In this document: in pieces, positions 27,756 through 38,700 of the stretch | Numbering within the stretch: the stretch's first letter is position 1 | Layout of the letters: every line of letters starts with the position of its first letter | Origin: Verrucomicrobiia bacterium | GTDB lineage: Bacteria > Verrucomicrobiota > Verrucomicrobiia > Limisphaerales > Palsa-1400 | Reading direction: 5' to 3' | Length of the DNA: 64,000 nt | Assembly (NCBI GenBank): GCA_036501665.1 | Contig: DASXZW010000023.1 | Span: 7,181-71,180 of the forward strand | Translations under genes and position numbers: made by a program | Notes under the pieces: generated by a model | Seen by the model: the letters and a program-made list of their open reading frames with translations, nothing else | The model's database searches: none | Told to the model about the DNA's origin: nothing

Positions 27756-29606
27756 ATGAATCCGGTCAAGCTTTCCCGGCAATTGCGGCGCAGGATTCCG
27801 CCAGTGATGAGCCTGCGCGCAGCCGCGTTGCTCGCGCTTGGCGTAGTTGCAAACGAGCGTCCCTGTGTGTGCCAGCAAAGTCCAATATTTGCGGGAGTCA
27901 ATCCGCCGTTGGCGCACAAACATCACGAAGAGTTGTTTGATGACTATCAACGCCAGTCGTTGCTTTACCATCGACTCAGCCAGCTTGGCCCTGGTGTCAG
28001 TTGGCTCGGCTTGGAGGTCGGCTCGCCCGATGTCCTCGCAATTGCTTCAGGAAAGGGTGGCTCGCTTGCGGTTTTCGATTTTCTTGGAGCGAGTGGCTTC
28101 CAAGTTCGGACTCTGCCGCCTTTTACGCAACCCGTTGAAAGCGATCAAACCACCGTCCTTGCCTTTACTGACGCCGACGGCAGCCCCGCATTGCTTGTGG
28201 GATTTGCCAATTATGAAGATCCCAGCATCCGCGATGCCTGTGTGCGAGAGTACCATCTTAAGCAAGGTACGGTTAAGGACGTGGTTCCCGCACAATCGTT
28301 CAGTGTCGGCCCGCTGGCTTTGGGAGATTTGTACGGCGATGGCAACTTGGACCTCTTCGTTGGGGGGCGTGTCGTGCCGGGGCGTTATCCGGAGCCCGCG
28401 TCTTCCCTGATCTACCGTAACCGTGGTGGTAAATTAATTCTTGACGAAGCAAATACTGCCGCGCTCAAAGACGTGGGGCTGGTCAGCGGCGCAGTGTGGA
28501 GCGATTTGAACGGAGACGGTTATCCCGAGCTGGTGCTGGCTTGCGAATGGGGACCGGTGAAGATTTTTCATAATGACAAGGGGCGCTTGCATGAGGTTAC
28601 GCAGAATTGGGGATTGGATAAAAAGATCGGCTGGTGGAATGGCGTCACGGCGGGAGATTTCGATGGTGATGGGCGGATGGATCTGGCCGTTTCAAATTGG
28701 GGCCTTAACAGTCCGTATCAAGTTCGCAATGGACACGGCCCACGGATTTATTATGCGACGTGGGGCGTTGACGACGAGATCGAGCCTGTCGAAGCCGAAT
28801 TCGATGACGAACTGAAAAAGTGGTTGCCGCGCCGCGATTTCAAAACGGTTCGCAAAGCCCTGCCGTGGATCAGGGAGAAAATTGCCACTCACCGCGCCTA
28901 TGCTGAGGCTGGCGTTGAGGCCATTCTCGGGGGGCGCCTTAAGGACGCCAAGATGCTTGAGGCCAATTGCCTGGAGACCACGGTCTTTCTAAATCGCGGC
29001 GACCATTTTGAAACGGCGTCGCTTCCCGCAAGCGCGCAATTTAGTCCCTCTTTCGGCGTCAACGTTGCTGATTTTGACGGTGACGGCAACGAGGACCTCT
29101 TCTTGAGTCAAAATTTTTTTGATGTTCTGCCGGAAATGGCGCGAAACGACGCCGGCCGCGGCTTGTTGCTCAAAGGAGACGGCAAGGGGAATTTTCGGGC
29201 GTTGGAGGCCAGCGCCAGCGGGATTCGCGTGTATGGAGAACAGCGCGGCAGCGCGGTTGGAGATTTTGACGGAGATGGCCGCCCGGACCTGATTGTCACC
29301 CAGAATGGAGCGGAGACGAAGCTCTTCCGCAACATCGGCGCTCGACCGGGCTTGCGTGTACGGCTGAAGGGGGCTCCGGGCAATCCGAATGGAATCGGCG
29401 CCATCATCCGCGTCAGTTTTGCGGGACGCCTAGGACCCGCCCGGGAAATCCATGCCGGATCGGGCTACTGGTCGGAGGATTCCACCGTTCAAGTCATGGC
29501 CACCCCGGAGCCGCCGACTGAAGTTCAGGTCCTGTGGCCCGGCGGCAAGAAAACCGTAACCCAAGTCCCCCAAAAAGCGCGGGAGTTGGAAATCTCGCAG
29601 CCATGA
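27756..29606 (+). CDS. FG-GAP/VCBS repeat + ASPIC/UnbV domain protein, 'C-half' module
   Basis: ATG at 27756 gives a signal-like N-terminus (MSLRAAALLALGVVA). The longer ORF from 27582 overlaps the upstream gene. FG-GAP repeats plus GIGAIIRVSF...HAGSGYWSEDS...VLWPGG. Confidence 0.85.
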   Translation: MNPVKLSRQLRRRIPPVMSLRAAALLALGVVANERPCVCQQSPIFAGVNPPLAHKHHEELFDDYQRQSLLYHRLSQLGPGVSWLGLEVGSPDVLAIASGKGGSLAVFDFLGASGFQVRTLPPFTQPVESDQTTVLAFTDADGSPALLVGFANYEDPSIRDACVREYHLKQGTVKDVVPAQSFSVGPLALGDLYGDGNLDLFVGGRVVPGRYPEPASSLIYRNRGGKLILDEANTAALKDVGLVSGAVWSDLNGDGYPELVLACEWGPVKIFHNDKGRLHEVTQNWGLDKKIGWWNGVTAGDFDGDGRMDLAVSNWGLNSPYQVRNGHGPRIYYATWGVDDEIEPVEAEFDDELKKWLPRRDFKTVRKALPWIREKIATHRAYAEAGVEAILGGRLKDAKMLEANCLETTVFLNRGDHFETASLPASAQFSPSFGVNVADFDGDGNEDLFLSQNFFDVLPEMARNDAGRGLLLKGDGKGNFRALEASASGIRVYGEQRGSAVGDFDGDGRPDLIVTQNGAETKLFRNIGARPGLRVRLKGAPGNPNGIGAIIRVSFAGRLGPAREIHAGSGYWSEDSTVQVMATPEPPTEVQVLWPGGKKTVTQVPQKARELEISQP

Positions 29607-29610
29607 CCCA

Positions 29611-32600
29611 TTGATAATTAACGCTCAAATTTTACTGTTGACTGGTAGGGACGGCTCAGCATCCGCGAGCGGTGCATTCCACTCTGTTCTGACTCCGAGG
29701 CGTCCGCGGACGGCTCGGCGAGCCGTCCCTACCTCGAAGTTAACGTGCTGTTGTCTTGTTGCGATTCGCCAATGTTTTGCATTTATTGGGCTATTAGTTT
29801 TCTTATCAATTCCTGTCCGGGCGGCGGATTGGGAAACCAATGGCGCGTCCCGCGGCATCGCGCTGACTCTGGGATCCGATCATCCGGCTGGTTTTACTCG
29901 CCTTGAATCGAGCCAGACTGGGATCGCCTTTACGAACTCGCTAAGTCCTTCGCGAGGCGTCACCAACCAGATTTATTTCAACGGCTCGGGTGTTGCAGCA
30001 GGCGACATTGACGGCGATGGTTGGTGCGATCTCTTCTTCTGCAGCCTGGATGGTACGTGCGCGCTTTACCGCAATCTCGGCCACTGGCGATTCGAAGATA
30101 TCACTCAGAAAGCGGGTGTGTCATGCACAGGACTCGCCTGCACCGGTGCTGCCTTCGCAGATTTGGAGGGGCAGGGGAATCTGGATTTAATCGTCAATAC
30201 TATTGGAGGCGGCACGCATATCTTTCTTAATGACGGCCACGGGCACTTCTCCAAAGGGCCGGTGCTCAATGAATCTCGCGGCGGGATGTCAATGGCCCTG
30301 GCCGATATCGACGGCGACGGCCTGCTCGACATTTATATTGCCAATTATCGTACCGAGACCTTGCGCGATCAGCCTCGGACCAACTTCCGGGTTGATTACG
30401 TCAATGGCAAACAGGTCATCGGCGCTGTCAACGGCAAGCCGACTTCAGCCCCGGAATTGCAAGGGCGATTCACATTAGGCGCTTCGGGTCAAGTACATGA
30501 ACATGGAGAGCCGGATGCTCTGTATCACAACGACGGGCACGGAAAATTCTCACTCATTCCTTTTACCAACGGCGCGTTTCTGGATGAGGCCGGCAAACCG
30601 CTTAACAGCCCGCCTTACGACTGGGGCCTTTCGGTGATGATGAGGGATTTGAATGGTGACGGCGCGCCTGACATTTACGTCTGCAACGATTTCCAGTCTC
30701 CTGACCGCATCTGGCTGAACGACAGACACGGCCATTTTCGCGCCATGCCTGCGCTCGCCATGCGCAACACCAGCAAGTTCTCCATGGGCGTGGACGTTGC
30801 AGATATTAACCGCGACGGCTATGACGATATTCTGGTGCTTGACATGCTCAGCCGCAATCACACCACCATGCTGACCCGCGCGGATAAATTCATGGAAGCC
30901 ACGCCTCCGGGAGTCATTGACAACCGTCCTCAGTTGACGCGTAATACACTGCAACTTAACTGCGGTGACGGGACTTACGCGGAGGTCGCGTATTACGCCG
31001 GACTCGCCGCGACGGAATGGGCCTGGACGGCGATTTTCCTGGATGTCGATTTGGATGGTTACGAAGACTTGCTCGTCAGCACCGGCCATCCTCGCGATGA
31101 TAATGACATCGACAACGGACTTCGCATTGAACGCACACGCCGTTCCCACAAAATGTCCATAGCGGACGAACTTGCTCTTCGATTAAACACTCCCAGCCTT
31201 CCTTCGCCGACACTGGCTTTTCGCAACCAAGGCAATCTGAAATTTGAGGAAGTGGGCGCGAAATGGGGCTTTGACCAGGTCGGCATTGCTCGCGGGATGT
31301 GCCTGGCAGATTTGGATAACGACGGGGACCTTGATGTTGTCGTGAATAATCTTAACTCGCCTGCCGCTGTATATCGCAATGAGACCAGCGCTCCGCGAGT
31401 TGCCGTTCGCTTGCGCGGCACTGGCGCGAACACTCGCGGCATCGGCGCAAAAATCAAACTCTTCGGCGGCGCGGTCCCCATGCAAAGCCAGGAAATGATT
31501 TGCGGGGGAAGGTACCTGTCAAGTGATGATGCAATGCGTATCTTCGCCGCCGGAGGGTTGACCAACGACATGCGGATCGAGGTGACTTGGCGGAGTGGCA
31601 AGCGGAGCACGGTGGAAGGTGTTCGAGCGAATCGCCTTTACGAAATAAGCGAATCCGGCGCGACTGAACCGCCCCAGCCTAAAGCAAAGGACATCGCTCC
31701 CTTGTTTGAGGATGCCAGCCACTTGCTTGGCCACACACATCACCAGCAACCGTTCGATGACTTCGAACGCCAGCCTCTCCTTCCAAACCGCCTCAGTCAG
31801 TTTGGCCCAGGAATCGCCTGGGCCGATTTCGAGGGAAGTGGCCACGAAGACCTGGCAATCGCTGCCGGTCGCGGCTTTCCCATGGCCGTTTTCCAAAATG
31901 GCGGGGCGAGCGGCTTCAAACCGCTGACGTCGCCGTCATTTGCACAAGCTGCAGCCTCCGATCAAACCGCGATCATTGGCGTTCCTCAAACAGACGGGCG
32001 CAACCTTTTGCTTGCTGGAGTTTCGTCTTACCCGATGTCGGCGGAAACAGACGCTGCTGTTGATGAGTTTGATATTCACGCTGGAACGGTGCAAGATGGC
32101 GTTGCGCACCAAAACTCCAGCACAGGGCCTCTCGCTCTGGCAGACTTGGACGGCGCGGGTCACTTGGAGTTGTTTGTCGGTGGGCGGATGATTCCAGGCC
32201 GATATCCTGAACCAGCGTCGTCGGAACTTTTTAATTATCGACAAGGCAAGTGGGTGCGGGATGAAACGAATTCTGCTGTCCTTGAAGGAGTGGGGTTGGT
32301 GAGTGGCGCGGTGTGGACCGATCTTGATGGCGATGGTTTTCCCGAATTGGTGCTGGCCTGCGAATGGCAACCGCTACGCATTTTTCACAACGATCATGGT
32401 CGCCTCATTCCTTGGGACCCACCCGTTACTCTGTCGTCTGGCGTCGATTCCGGCTCCTTGCCCGGCTCCCGGCTCAGCGACTTGAAAGGATGGTGGAACG
32501 GGATAACTGCCGGGGACTTTGACGGGGATGGTCGGATGGATCTGGTGGCCGCGAATTGGGGATTGAATACGAAATACCAGACTTCTCCCGGTCACGGGCG

Positions 32601-33489
32601 GCGTCTTTATTACGGCCCTTGGGGAAATGGCGGCGAGATCGAGCAACTTGAGGCGTACTTTGATCCGGAAATGAACAAATGGGTGCCGGAGCGAGACCTC
32701 AATTCCACGGGCAAGGGCATCCCATGGCTCCGTGAAAAATTTGCGCTGCACCGGCAGTACGCAGAGGCTGGAATCGAGGACATTCTCGGAGAACATCTCA
32801 AGGAAGCGCATGTGCTGGAAGTCAATTGGCTTTCCACTACAGTGTTCCTCAATCGCGGCGACCACTTCGAGTTGCGCACTCTTCCCGTGGAGGCGCAATT
32901 CAGCCCCGCCTTTGGCGTAAACGTCGCTGATTTCGATGGCGACGGAATCGAAGATATTTTTTTGAGCCAGAATTTCTTTGCAGTCCAGTCTCAGACTTCG
33001 CGAAATGACGCCGGGCGCGGCCTGTTGTTGAAAGGGGATGGGCACGGCGATTTTGCCGCTGTGCCCGGCTCTCTGTGCGGTATTAAAGTTTATGGCGAGC
33101 AGCGGGGAAGCGCAGTCGCCGATTACGACGGCGATGGACGAGTTGATTTGGCGGTCACTCAAAATGGAGCCGAGACCAAGCTCTTTCATAATCTCACCGC
33201 GAAACGCGGTTTGCGCGTCAGGTGCAATGCAGGACCGGCCAACCCGCAGGGCATTGGCGCCGTCCTTCGCTTGAGCTTCGGCGAGAAGTGGGGACCTGCG
33301 CGCGAAATTCATGCTGGAAGCGGTTATTGGTCGCAGGATTCTCCGGTTCAAGTGATGGCCCTGCCGCAACCTGCTTCCCGGGTTCAAGTGCAATGGCCGG
33401 GAGGAAAGATATCCACTTTTTTTTCGATTCCCACCAACGCGCTGGAAATCAGCGTTGACATCTCGGGAACAGTCCAGATCATCCGCTGA
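29611..33489 (+). CDS. fused double-module FG-GAP/ASPIC protein (CRTAC1-like)
   Basis: 1292 aa, collinear with 25783..27750 plus 27756..29606. The only canonical in-frame starts are TTG at 29611 and 29638, both upstream of a palindromic repeat that lies inside the 5' end. Confidence 0.8.
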   Translation: MIINAQILLLTGRDGSASASGAFHSVLTPRRPRTARRAVPTSKLTCCCLVAIRQCFAFIGLLVFLSIPVRAADWETNGASRGIALTLGSDHPAGFTRLESSQTGIAFTNSLSPSRGVTNQIYFNGSGVAAGDIDGDGWCDLFFCSLDGTCALYRNLGHWRFEDITQKAGVSCTGLACTGAAFADLEGQGNLDLIVNTIGGGTHIFLNDGHGHFSKGPVLNESRGGMSMALADIDGDGLLDIYIANYRTETLRDQPRTNFRVDYVNGKQVIGAVNGKPTSAPELQGRFTLGASGQVHEHGEPDALYHNDGHGKFSLIPFTNGAFLDEAGKPLNSPPYDWGLSVMMRDLNGDGAPDIYVCNDFQSPDRIWLNDRHGHFRAMPALAMRNTSKFSMGVDVADINRDGYDDILVLDMLSRNHTTMLTRADKFMEATPPGVIDNRPQLTRNTLQLNCGDGTYAEVAYYAGLAATEWAWTAIFLDVDLDGYEDLLVSTGHPRDDNDIDNGLRIERTRRSHKMSIADELALRLNTPSLPSPTLAFRNQGNLKFEEVGAKWGFDQVGIARGMCLADLDNDGDLDVVVNNLNSPAAVYRNETSAPRVAVRLRGTGANTRGIGAKIKLFGGAVPMQSQEMICGGRYLSSDDAMRIFAAGGLTNDMRIEVTWRSGKRSTVEGVRANRLYEISESGATEPPQPKAKDIAPLFEDASHLLGHTHHQQPFDDFERQPLLPNRLSQFGPGIAWADFEGSGHEDLAIAAGRGFPMAVFQNGGASGFKPLTSPSFAQAAASDQTAIIGVPQTDGRNLLLAGVSSYPMSAETDAAVDEFDIHAGTVQDGVAHQNSSTGPLALADLDGAGHLELFVGGRMIPGRYPEPASSELFNYRQGKWVRDETNSAVLEGVGLVSGAVWTDLDGDGFPELVLACEWQPLRIFHNDHGRLIPWDPPVTLSSGVDSGSLPGSRLSDLKGWWNGITAGDFDGDGRMDLVAANWGLNTKYQTSPGHGRRLYYGPWGNGGEIEQLEAYFDPEMNKWVPERDLNSTGKGIPWLREKFALHRQYAEAGIEDILGEHLKEAHVLEVNWLSTTVFLNRGDHFELRTLPVEAQFSPAFGVNVADFDGDGIEDIFLSQNFFAVQSQTSRNDAGRGLLLKGDGHGDFAAVPGSLCGIKVYGEQRGSAVADYDGDGRVDLAVTQNGAETKLFHNLTAKRGLRVRCNAGPANPQGIGAVLRLSFGEKWGPAREIHAGSGYWSQDSPVQVMALPQPASRVQVQWPGGKISTFFSIPTNALEISVDISGTVQIIR
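29645..29732. repeat. 88 bp MITE/REP-like palindromic element
   Basis: Terminal inverted repeats GTAGGGACGGCTC (29645..29657) and GAGCCGTCCCTAC (29720..29732). Internal hairpin GGACGGCTCG-G-CGAGCCGTCC (29708..29728). A related copy lies at 48268..48327. Confidence 0.7.
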
Positions 33490-33507
33490 GAAAATTCGTT
33501 CTTGAGA

Positions 33508-35151
33508 ATGCCTTCCATACGGCGGATATCTCCTGCCCGGAGAAAACCCCCATCCGGTTTTCGGATGTTCGTTGCCGGCCCAAGAACCTACACGAAATCT
33601 CTCGTCTTGGTTTTAGTCTTGGGACTGAGGTTCGCTCTTTACGCTCAGGAAAAAAATCCCACGTCCTCCGACGCTCCCGATGGCCATGCTACTGACACGT
33701 TCGCCGAGGTGAAACAAGGCGAGAAATTTGCGCATTCCGTTTGCGCGGCTTGCCATATGTTTCCTGAACCGGAAATGCTTGACAAGAAAACCTGGGAACA
33801 CGGCGCTTTTATGAGAATGGCGCCACTTCTTGGCGTGGGACGTCTCAATCTCGACAAACGACCCGACGGCGCGATCTTGAAGGCATCCGGGATCTTTCCG
33901 AAAGAGCCTATGATTACGGAAACGATGTGGCGCGACATCTGCCTGTACTATTTGGAAACCGCGCCTGTCAAAACGCCACCCCAAGGCCCACGCTCCAAAA
34001 TCCAGAATGGCCTGCCACATTTCAAAGCCCATCCTTTGCGATACCCGGGAGCGACTCCGCAGACGAGCATGGTTCAGATCGACCCAGTCGCCAAACGCAT
34101 CTACGTCGGCAACGCAGGCGCGCGCACCCTCGACATATTAAACGCCGCAGGAGAATTAATTTCGCGCGTGCCTGTGGAGAGTCCACCCGTGAGCATCACT
34201 GTTCGACCTGATGGATTGTATGTGACGCTGATCGGCAACCTTTTGCCTTCGGACGAGAAAAATGGCCAGGTGGTGCTTCTGAAAAAGGACGGACAAGGCT
34301 ACAAATCCAAGGTGCTCCTGCAACATCTCCAACGCCCCGCCAGCGCGCTTTTTGCCGATCTCAACGGCGACGGACGCGAGGACATCGCCGTTTGCGAGTT
34401 TGGCAATTATCTTGGAAGGTTTTCCTGGTTCGAGAATCGCGGCGGCTCGGAATATACCGAGCATCCGCTCATCGAGTTGCCGGGCGCATTGAATTCTTGC
34501 GTCTGTGGCGCTGGCGCAGGTGGGTTGCCTAACCTTGTTGTGCTTATGGCCCAGGGGCGGGAGGGAATCCACTTTTTTCAAAACCTGGGCGCGGGCGATT
34601 TCCAGGATGAAGTCGTTACGAACTTTCCTCCGGTTTACGGCTCTTCGCATATAGAAGTGGCCGATATTAATGGCGATGGCTTTCCTGACTTGCTAGTGAC
34701 GTGCGGCGACAATGGCGAATACCCGTCTCCCTTCAAGAATTATCATGGCATCCGTATTTTCCTCAATGACGGGCACAACCGCTTCTCGCTCGCCTGGTTC
34801 TTTCCGATGAACGGGGCTTACAAAGCCCTCGCCCGCGATTTTAACCGCAACGGCCATTTGGACATCGCAGCCATCTCTTACTTTCCCGATTACAACAAGT
34901 CACCAGATGAGAGCTTTGTCTATCTGCGAAATAAAGGCGGCTTCTCCTATGAGGCGTTCTCTCTCCCTGAATGCACTTCTGGCCGGTGGATCGCAATGGA
35001 TGCGGGAGACCTTAAAGGCGATGGCTGTCAAGACATCGTTCTTGGGTCCCTTCCAGCAGGGCCGAAGTCGATTCCCATCCCCGATGCGTTGCAAATGGCC
35101 TGGCACACAAACGGATTCTCAGTGCTGTTGCTGGAAAACCAGCGCAACTAA
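33508..35151 (+). CDS. CxxCH-motif + FG-GAP/VCBS repeat protein
   Basis: First ATG at 33508 (ORF from TTG 33502). Contains HSVCAACHMFPEPE (a CxxCH motif) and FG-GAP motifs (ADLNGDGREDI, ADINGDGFPDLLV, GDLKGDGCQDIV). Confidence 0.8.
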   Translation: MPSIRRISPARRKPPSGFRMFVAGPRTYTKSLVLVLVLGLRFALYAQEKNPTSSDAPDGHATDTFAEVKQGEKFAHSVCAACHMFPEPEMLDKKTWEHGAFMRMAPLLGVGRLNLDKRPDGAILKASGIFPKEPMITETMWRDICLYYLETAPVKTPPQGPRSKIQNGLPHFKAHPLRYPGATPQTSMVQIDPVAKRIYVGNAGARTLDILNAAGELISRVPVESPPVSITVRPDGLYVTLIGNLLPSDEKNGQVVLLKKDGQGYKSKVLLQHLQRPASALFADLNGDGREDIAVCEFGNYLGRFSWFENRGGSEYTEHPLIELPGALNSCVCGAGAGGLPNLVVLMAQGREGIHFFQNLGAGDFQDEVVTNFPPVYGSSHIEVADINGDGFPDLLVTCGDNGEYPSPFKNYHGIRIFLNDGHNRFSLAWFFPMNGAYKALARDFNRNGHLDIAAISYFPDYNKSPDESFVYLRNKGGFSYEAFSLPECTSGRWIAMDAGDLKGDGCQDIVLGSLPAGPKSIPIPDALQMAWHTNGFSVLLLENQRN

Positions 35152-35226
35152 ACCGGCTATATCTATGATATGCCGCGACGATGACTTGATACTTTAGATT
35201 GTGTAGGGGCTAATACTACATTTTGT

Positions 35227-35250
35227 ATATTTGTAAGGTTATAGACTATA
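35227..35250. repeat. 24 bp motif, inverted partner of 25647..25670
   Basis: ATATTTGTAAGGTTATAGACTATA. See the partner entry at 25647..25670. Confidence 0.6.
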
Positions 35251-35766
35251 TAACGTGTTATAGGTCCTTGTTATAAAAATAGAAGGGGGTCGGTAACTTC
35301 CGTTGTGTTACTTCGGCAATGACTGACAGTAAGGGGAAAATGTTCAAATTATTTTCTGTCAAACAGTCAATCACCCAATCAAAACTGGTTTTTTAACGAC
35401 TTATTTGATAAATTGGCTTTGGCTGATTTTGCGGGAGATCAGTTATCATCGGCAACGCCAAGTGGTTATGCAAGTCATACATAATCAAAAGTTTACATCT
35501 GATGATGTTTGCTCGCTGTTAAAGCGATGCTGAGGTGAAATGCCGGGATAAATCGCTTTCAACAATAAGAAGCATAAAAGTCACAGAAATGTTTAAAATT
35601 CTCTTGACGATCCCCTGAGCGGCTGTCTAGAGTGGGCTTTAATGAGCCTCGTTATCTCGCCGCGCAATCGCTGCACACCTTGCGCAGTTAGTGCGCACAG
35701 CGCAATTGGGTTTCCCGGTAACATCTCGTCCATGAACCAAAGCAAGAAATAAGAGTCCCTACCAGT

Positions 35767-38700
35767 ATGAAAAAAACACCTCACTTCAGTGGTCTACAGT
35801 CAACTAACCCCGATAGGGGAAGGTCAAAATCTAACTCTCTGCTGCGTAAGTTTTTCCGTGCTGGAGTTGCGTCTTTGATCGCTGTCGGTTTCGCAGCCGT
35901 TACAGCGAAAGCAGCGCCGCCGGCCACCCCGCAAGGGATGATCACCGCGAAGGTGTACATGGGAGATGGGACAGGCAATACTTCAGTTGCCACGCTCACC
36001 AACTATATCAATACTCCGAACAGTCCCATCCTTACTTATCACCCATCGTACTTTGAGAGTTGGGCCACGGGAGACATTACGACGCCTCCGATGACTGAGG
36101 CGGGTGACGGTTACGGAGACGATCTCATGGGGTACTTCTATGCACCCACCAACGGCAATTATACCTTTTGGATCGCTTCGCAAGACAACTCGGCGTTATA
36201 CTTGAGCCCTGATTCCACTGCGGCGAACAAAGTTCTCATCGCGCAAGTCAGCAGTTCAACTGGCGTTCGTGGTTATACAAGCGAAACTGGAAATACTGCC
36301 AACACTCCCGAGATGGATTCAGCGACCTTTACCGGCACTCAATGGGCAACCAAGGACACCAACGTTGGCGGTGCCGTAATCACATTGACAGCGGGCAAGG
36401 CCTACTATATCGAAGCGCTGCACCAGGCGGCTGCCGGAGGTGATCACTGTTCAGTGTCGATCGACGGCGTGGCTCCGATCCCGGGCAGCATGTTGTCCTC
36501 TGTCGATGTTGCCGGCGGTGCGCCAACTGTAGTCTCGGTCACTGGTTCGGCCCTTTTCAAATCGGTTACGGTTGTTTTCTCGGAACCTCTGGATCCTGTG
36601 AGCGCAACCACCGCTGCCAACTACAGCCTTAACAACGGAGTAACGATTTCGTCTGCGACACTTCACTCCACTTCGGGTGAAGGTGACTCCAATACGGTAG
36701 TGCTGGTGACCAGCTTGCAGCCAACCAATACCGCGTTTACTTTGACAATCAATAATGTCAAAGACGTGTCTAGCAATACTATTGCTGCAGCCACAAAAGC
36801 CAACTTCCAAAGCTACGTGTGGGTTCCAGGTTGGATGACCTACGAGCAGTGGACAGCAGATACAATGGCGCAAGATGTCGCGACTTTTGAGACAGACATT
36901 TCAAATAATGTTGAGAATTTGTCCACCTTCACCGTGGCTGAGCCTAAATTTGACGGCCCTTGGCTCGCAAATGAACCCGGAATTCAGTGGAACACTCTTA
37001 ATTCCATCAGTTACGCATGGTTTACTGCTCCAACCAACGATGATTACGTGTTTTTCCTGGCCAGCGACGATGCCAGCGATTTGTTCCTGAGCACGGATAG
37101 CACTCCTGAAAACAAGAGGTTGATCGCCCAGGAAGCTGGCTGGAGCAACGAATATAATTGGGAGACCATAGGCGGCGGCAGCGTGGCTTCCGACAAGAGG
37201 TCAGATACGTTCGCTGTAAGCGCATGGCCCAATCCAAATGTCATCACGCTCACGAACGGCCAGGTTTACTATATTGAAATTGACCATCATCAAGGCGGTG
37301 GTGGAGCAGGGGCTGGCGCTACTTACATGCTGGCGGATGATCCCAACATTACTGCCGGACCGGCGCAAAGCGCTTCTGGTGAGACCTTGACAGGCAACGT
37401 TATCGGCACTTATGTGGATATCGCCGGCGCGTCAGTGGCCATCAGTAAGCAGCCATCTTCTGTGAGTGTGGTTCAAGGTTTCTTCGCGAGTTTCCAAGTC
37501 GTTGGCACTGGAGTTAGCCCCTACTCCAGCACGCTACTGTATCAGTGGCAAAAGGCCGCTCCGGGTAGCGGCACGTTTGCAGATCTTCCAGGCGCCAACG
37601 GAACCACCTTAACCACTGGCGTCCTAGGGCTGGCCGATACCGGCACACAATTCCGAGTGATCGTCTCGGTGCCAGGCGCGAGCCAAACCAGTTCCGCTGC
37701 AACTGTAACTGTAACGGCAGACACGACACCGCCTACACTCGTCAGCGCCGGTGCCATATCGAACGCATTGGCTGGCACGGAAATCGGGGTCGTATTTAAC
37801 AAACCAATGGGTGCTGGCATTACTACCTTGGCCAACTATTCTGTGGATAATGGTGCCACCATTACGGCAGCCAATTATTGGTCAAAGGCCGCCGGAACTC
37901 TCGCTGTTGACGCAAATGGCAACCGTGAGCCCGATTATGATTCAGGCATAGTGCTGAGCGTCAGCACTCTGGATCCTTCCAAGTCCTATCACGTCACGGT
38001 GTCGAATGTTAAGGATGCATTCGGCAATCTTATCGCCGCCAATTCGTCCATTCCTGTTTCAATCAGTCCGTTTACTTGGGAATCTATGGGTGAAACCGTC
38101 ACGAACAGCGCCAATCCGACGGGTGCTACAAACGCAGCCTTCGCGACTGGCACCAACAGCTTCAACCTCATCAATGGCGGCAATGCCTTCTGGGCCACTG
38201 AAGACGATATCACGATGGTTTACGAAACGGTCAAAGGTGACTTTGATCGCACGGTGCAGGTTGAATGGAACGAACCATCCAGCCATTGGGCTCGCGCCGG
38301 CCTCAGTGCCCGTGCCAGTGTGGCTATCGCTGATGACTTTGGTCCCACTGTGCCGCAGTACCAGACCGTCCTCTCCGATCCGGAGACGAATGTCGTCTAT
38401 GGCAGCGTGGACGATAGTCCTGCTAACGACCAATATGAAACCAACCGGCGCTTGGCTACAGGTGATCAAACCGATGGCAATAACTCCGAAGGCAATCCGC
38501 ATTATCCCGGCTCGTGGGTCCGACTCAAGCGTGTTGGTCAGACGATCAGCATGTTCTACAGCAGCAGCACCAACGATGTGAAGTGGTGGTATCCGATCGG
38601 CACAACCGACTTCGACGGAGCAACGAATATTGTCGCCGATGTTGCGGATCCTTTGCCGGAGACGCTCTTCGTCGGTCCCACGTATGGTTGTGAAAACGGC

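Noticed and set aside
35228-35310. A possible fourth att-like junction: TATTTGT..TATAG arm-like sequence followed about 57 bp later by GGGGGTCGGTAACTTCC, resembling a T-arm. This would make 25.5 to 35.3 kb an island.
   Set aside because: The T-arm-like match is weak (needs an indel, and few acceptor-strand matches). The arm-like match is only two short blocks in AT-rich DNA. Not distinguishable from chance by eye.
35593-35784. 63 aa minus-strand ORF in the long AT-rich leader, overlapping the start of the PA14 gene.
   Set aside because: There is no motif or coding-like composition, and it overlaps the start codon region of a well-supported gene.
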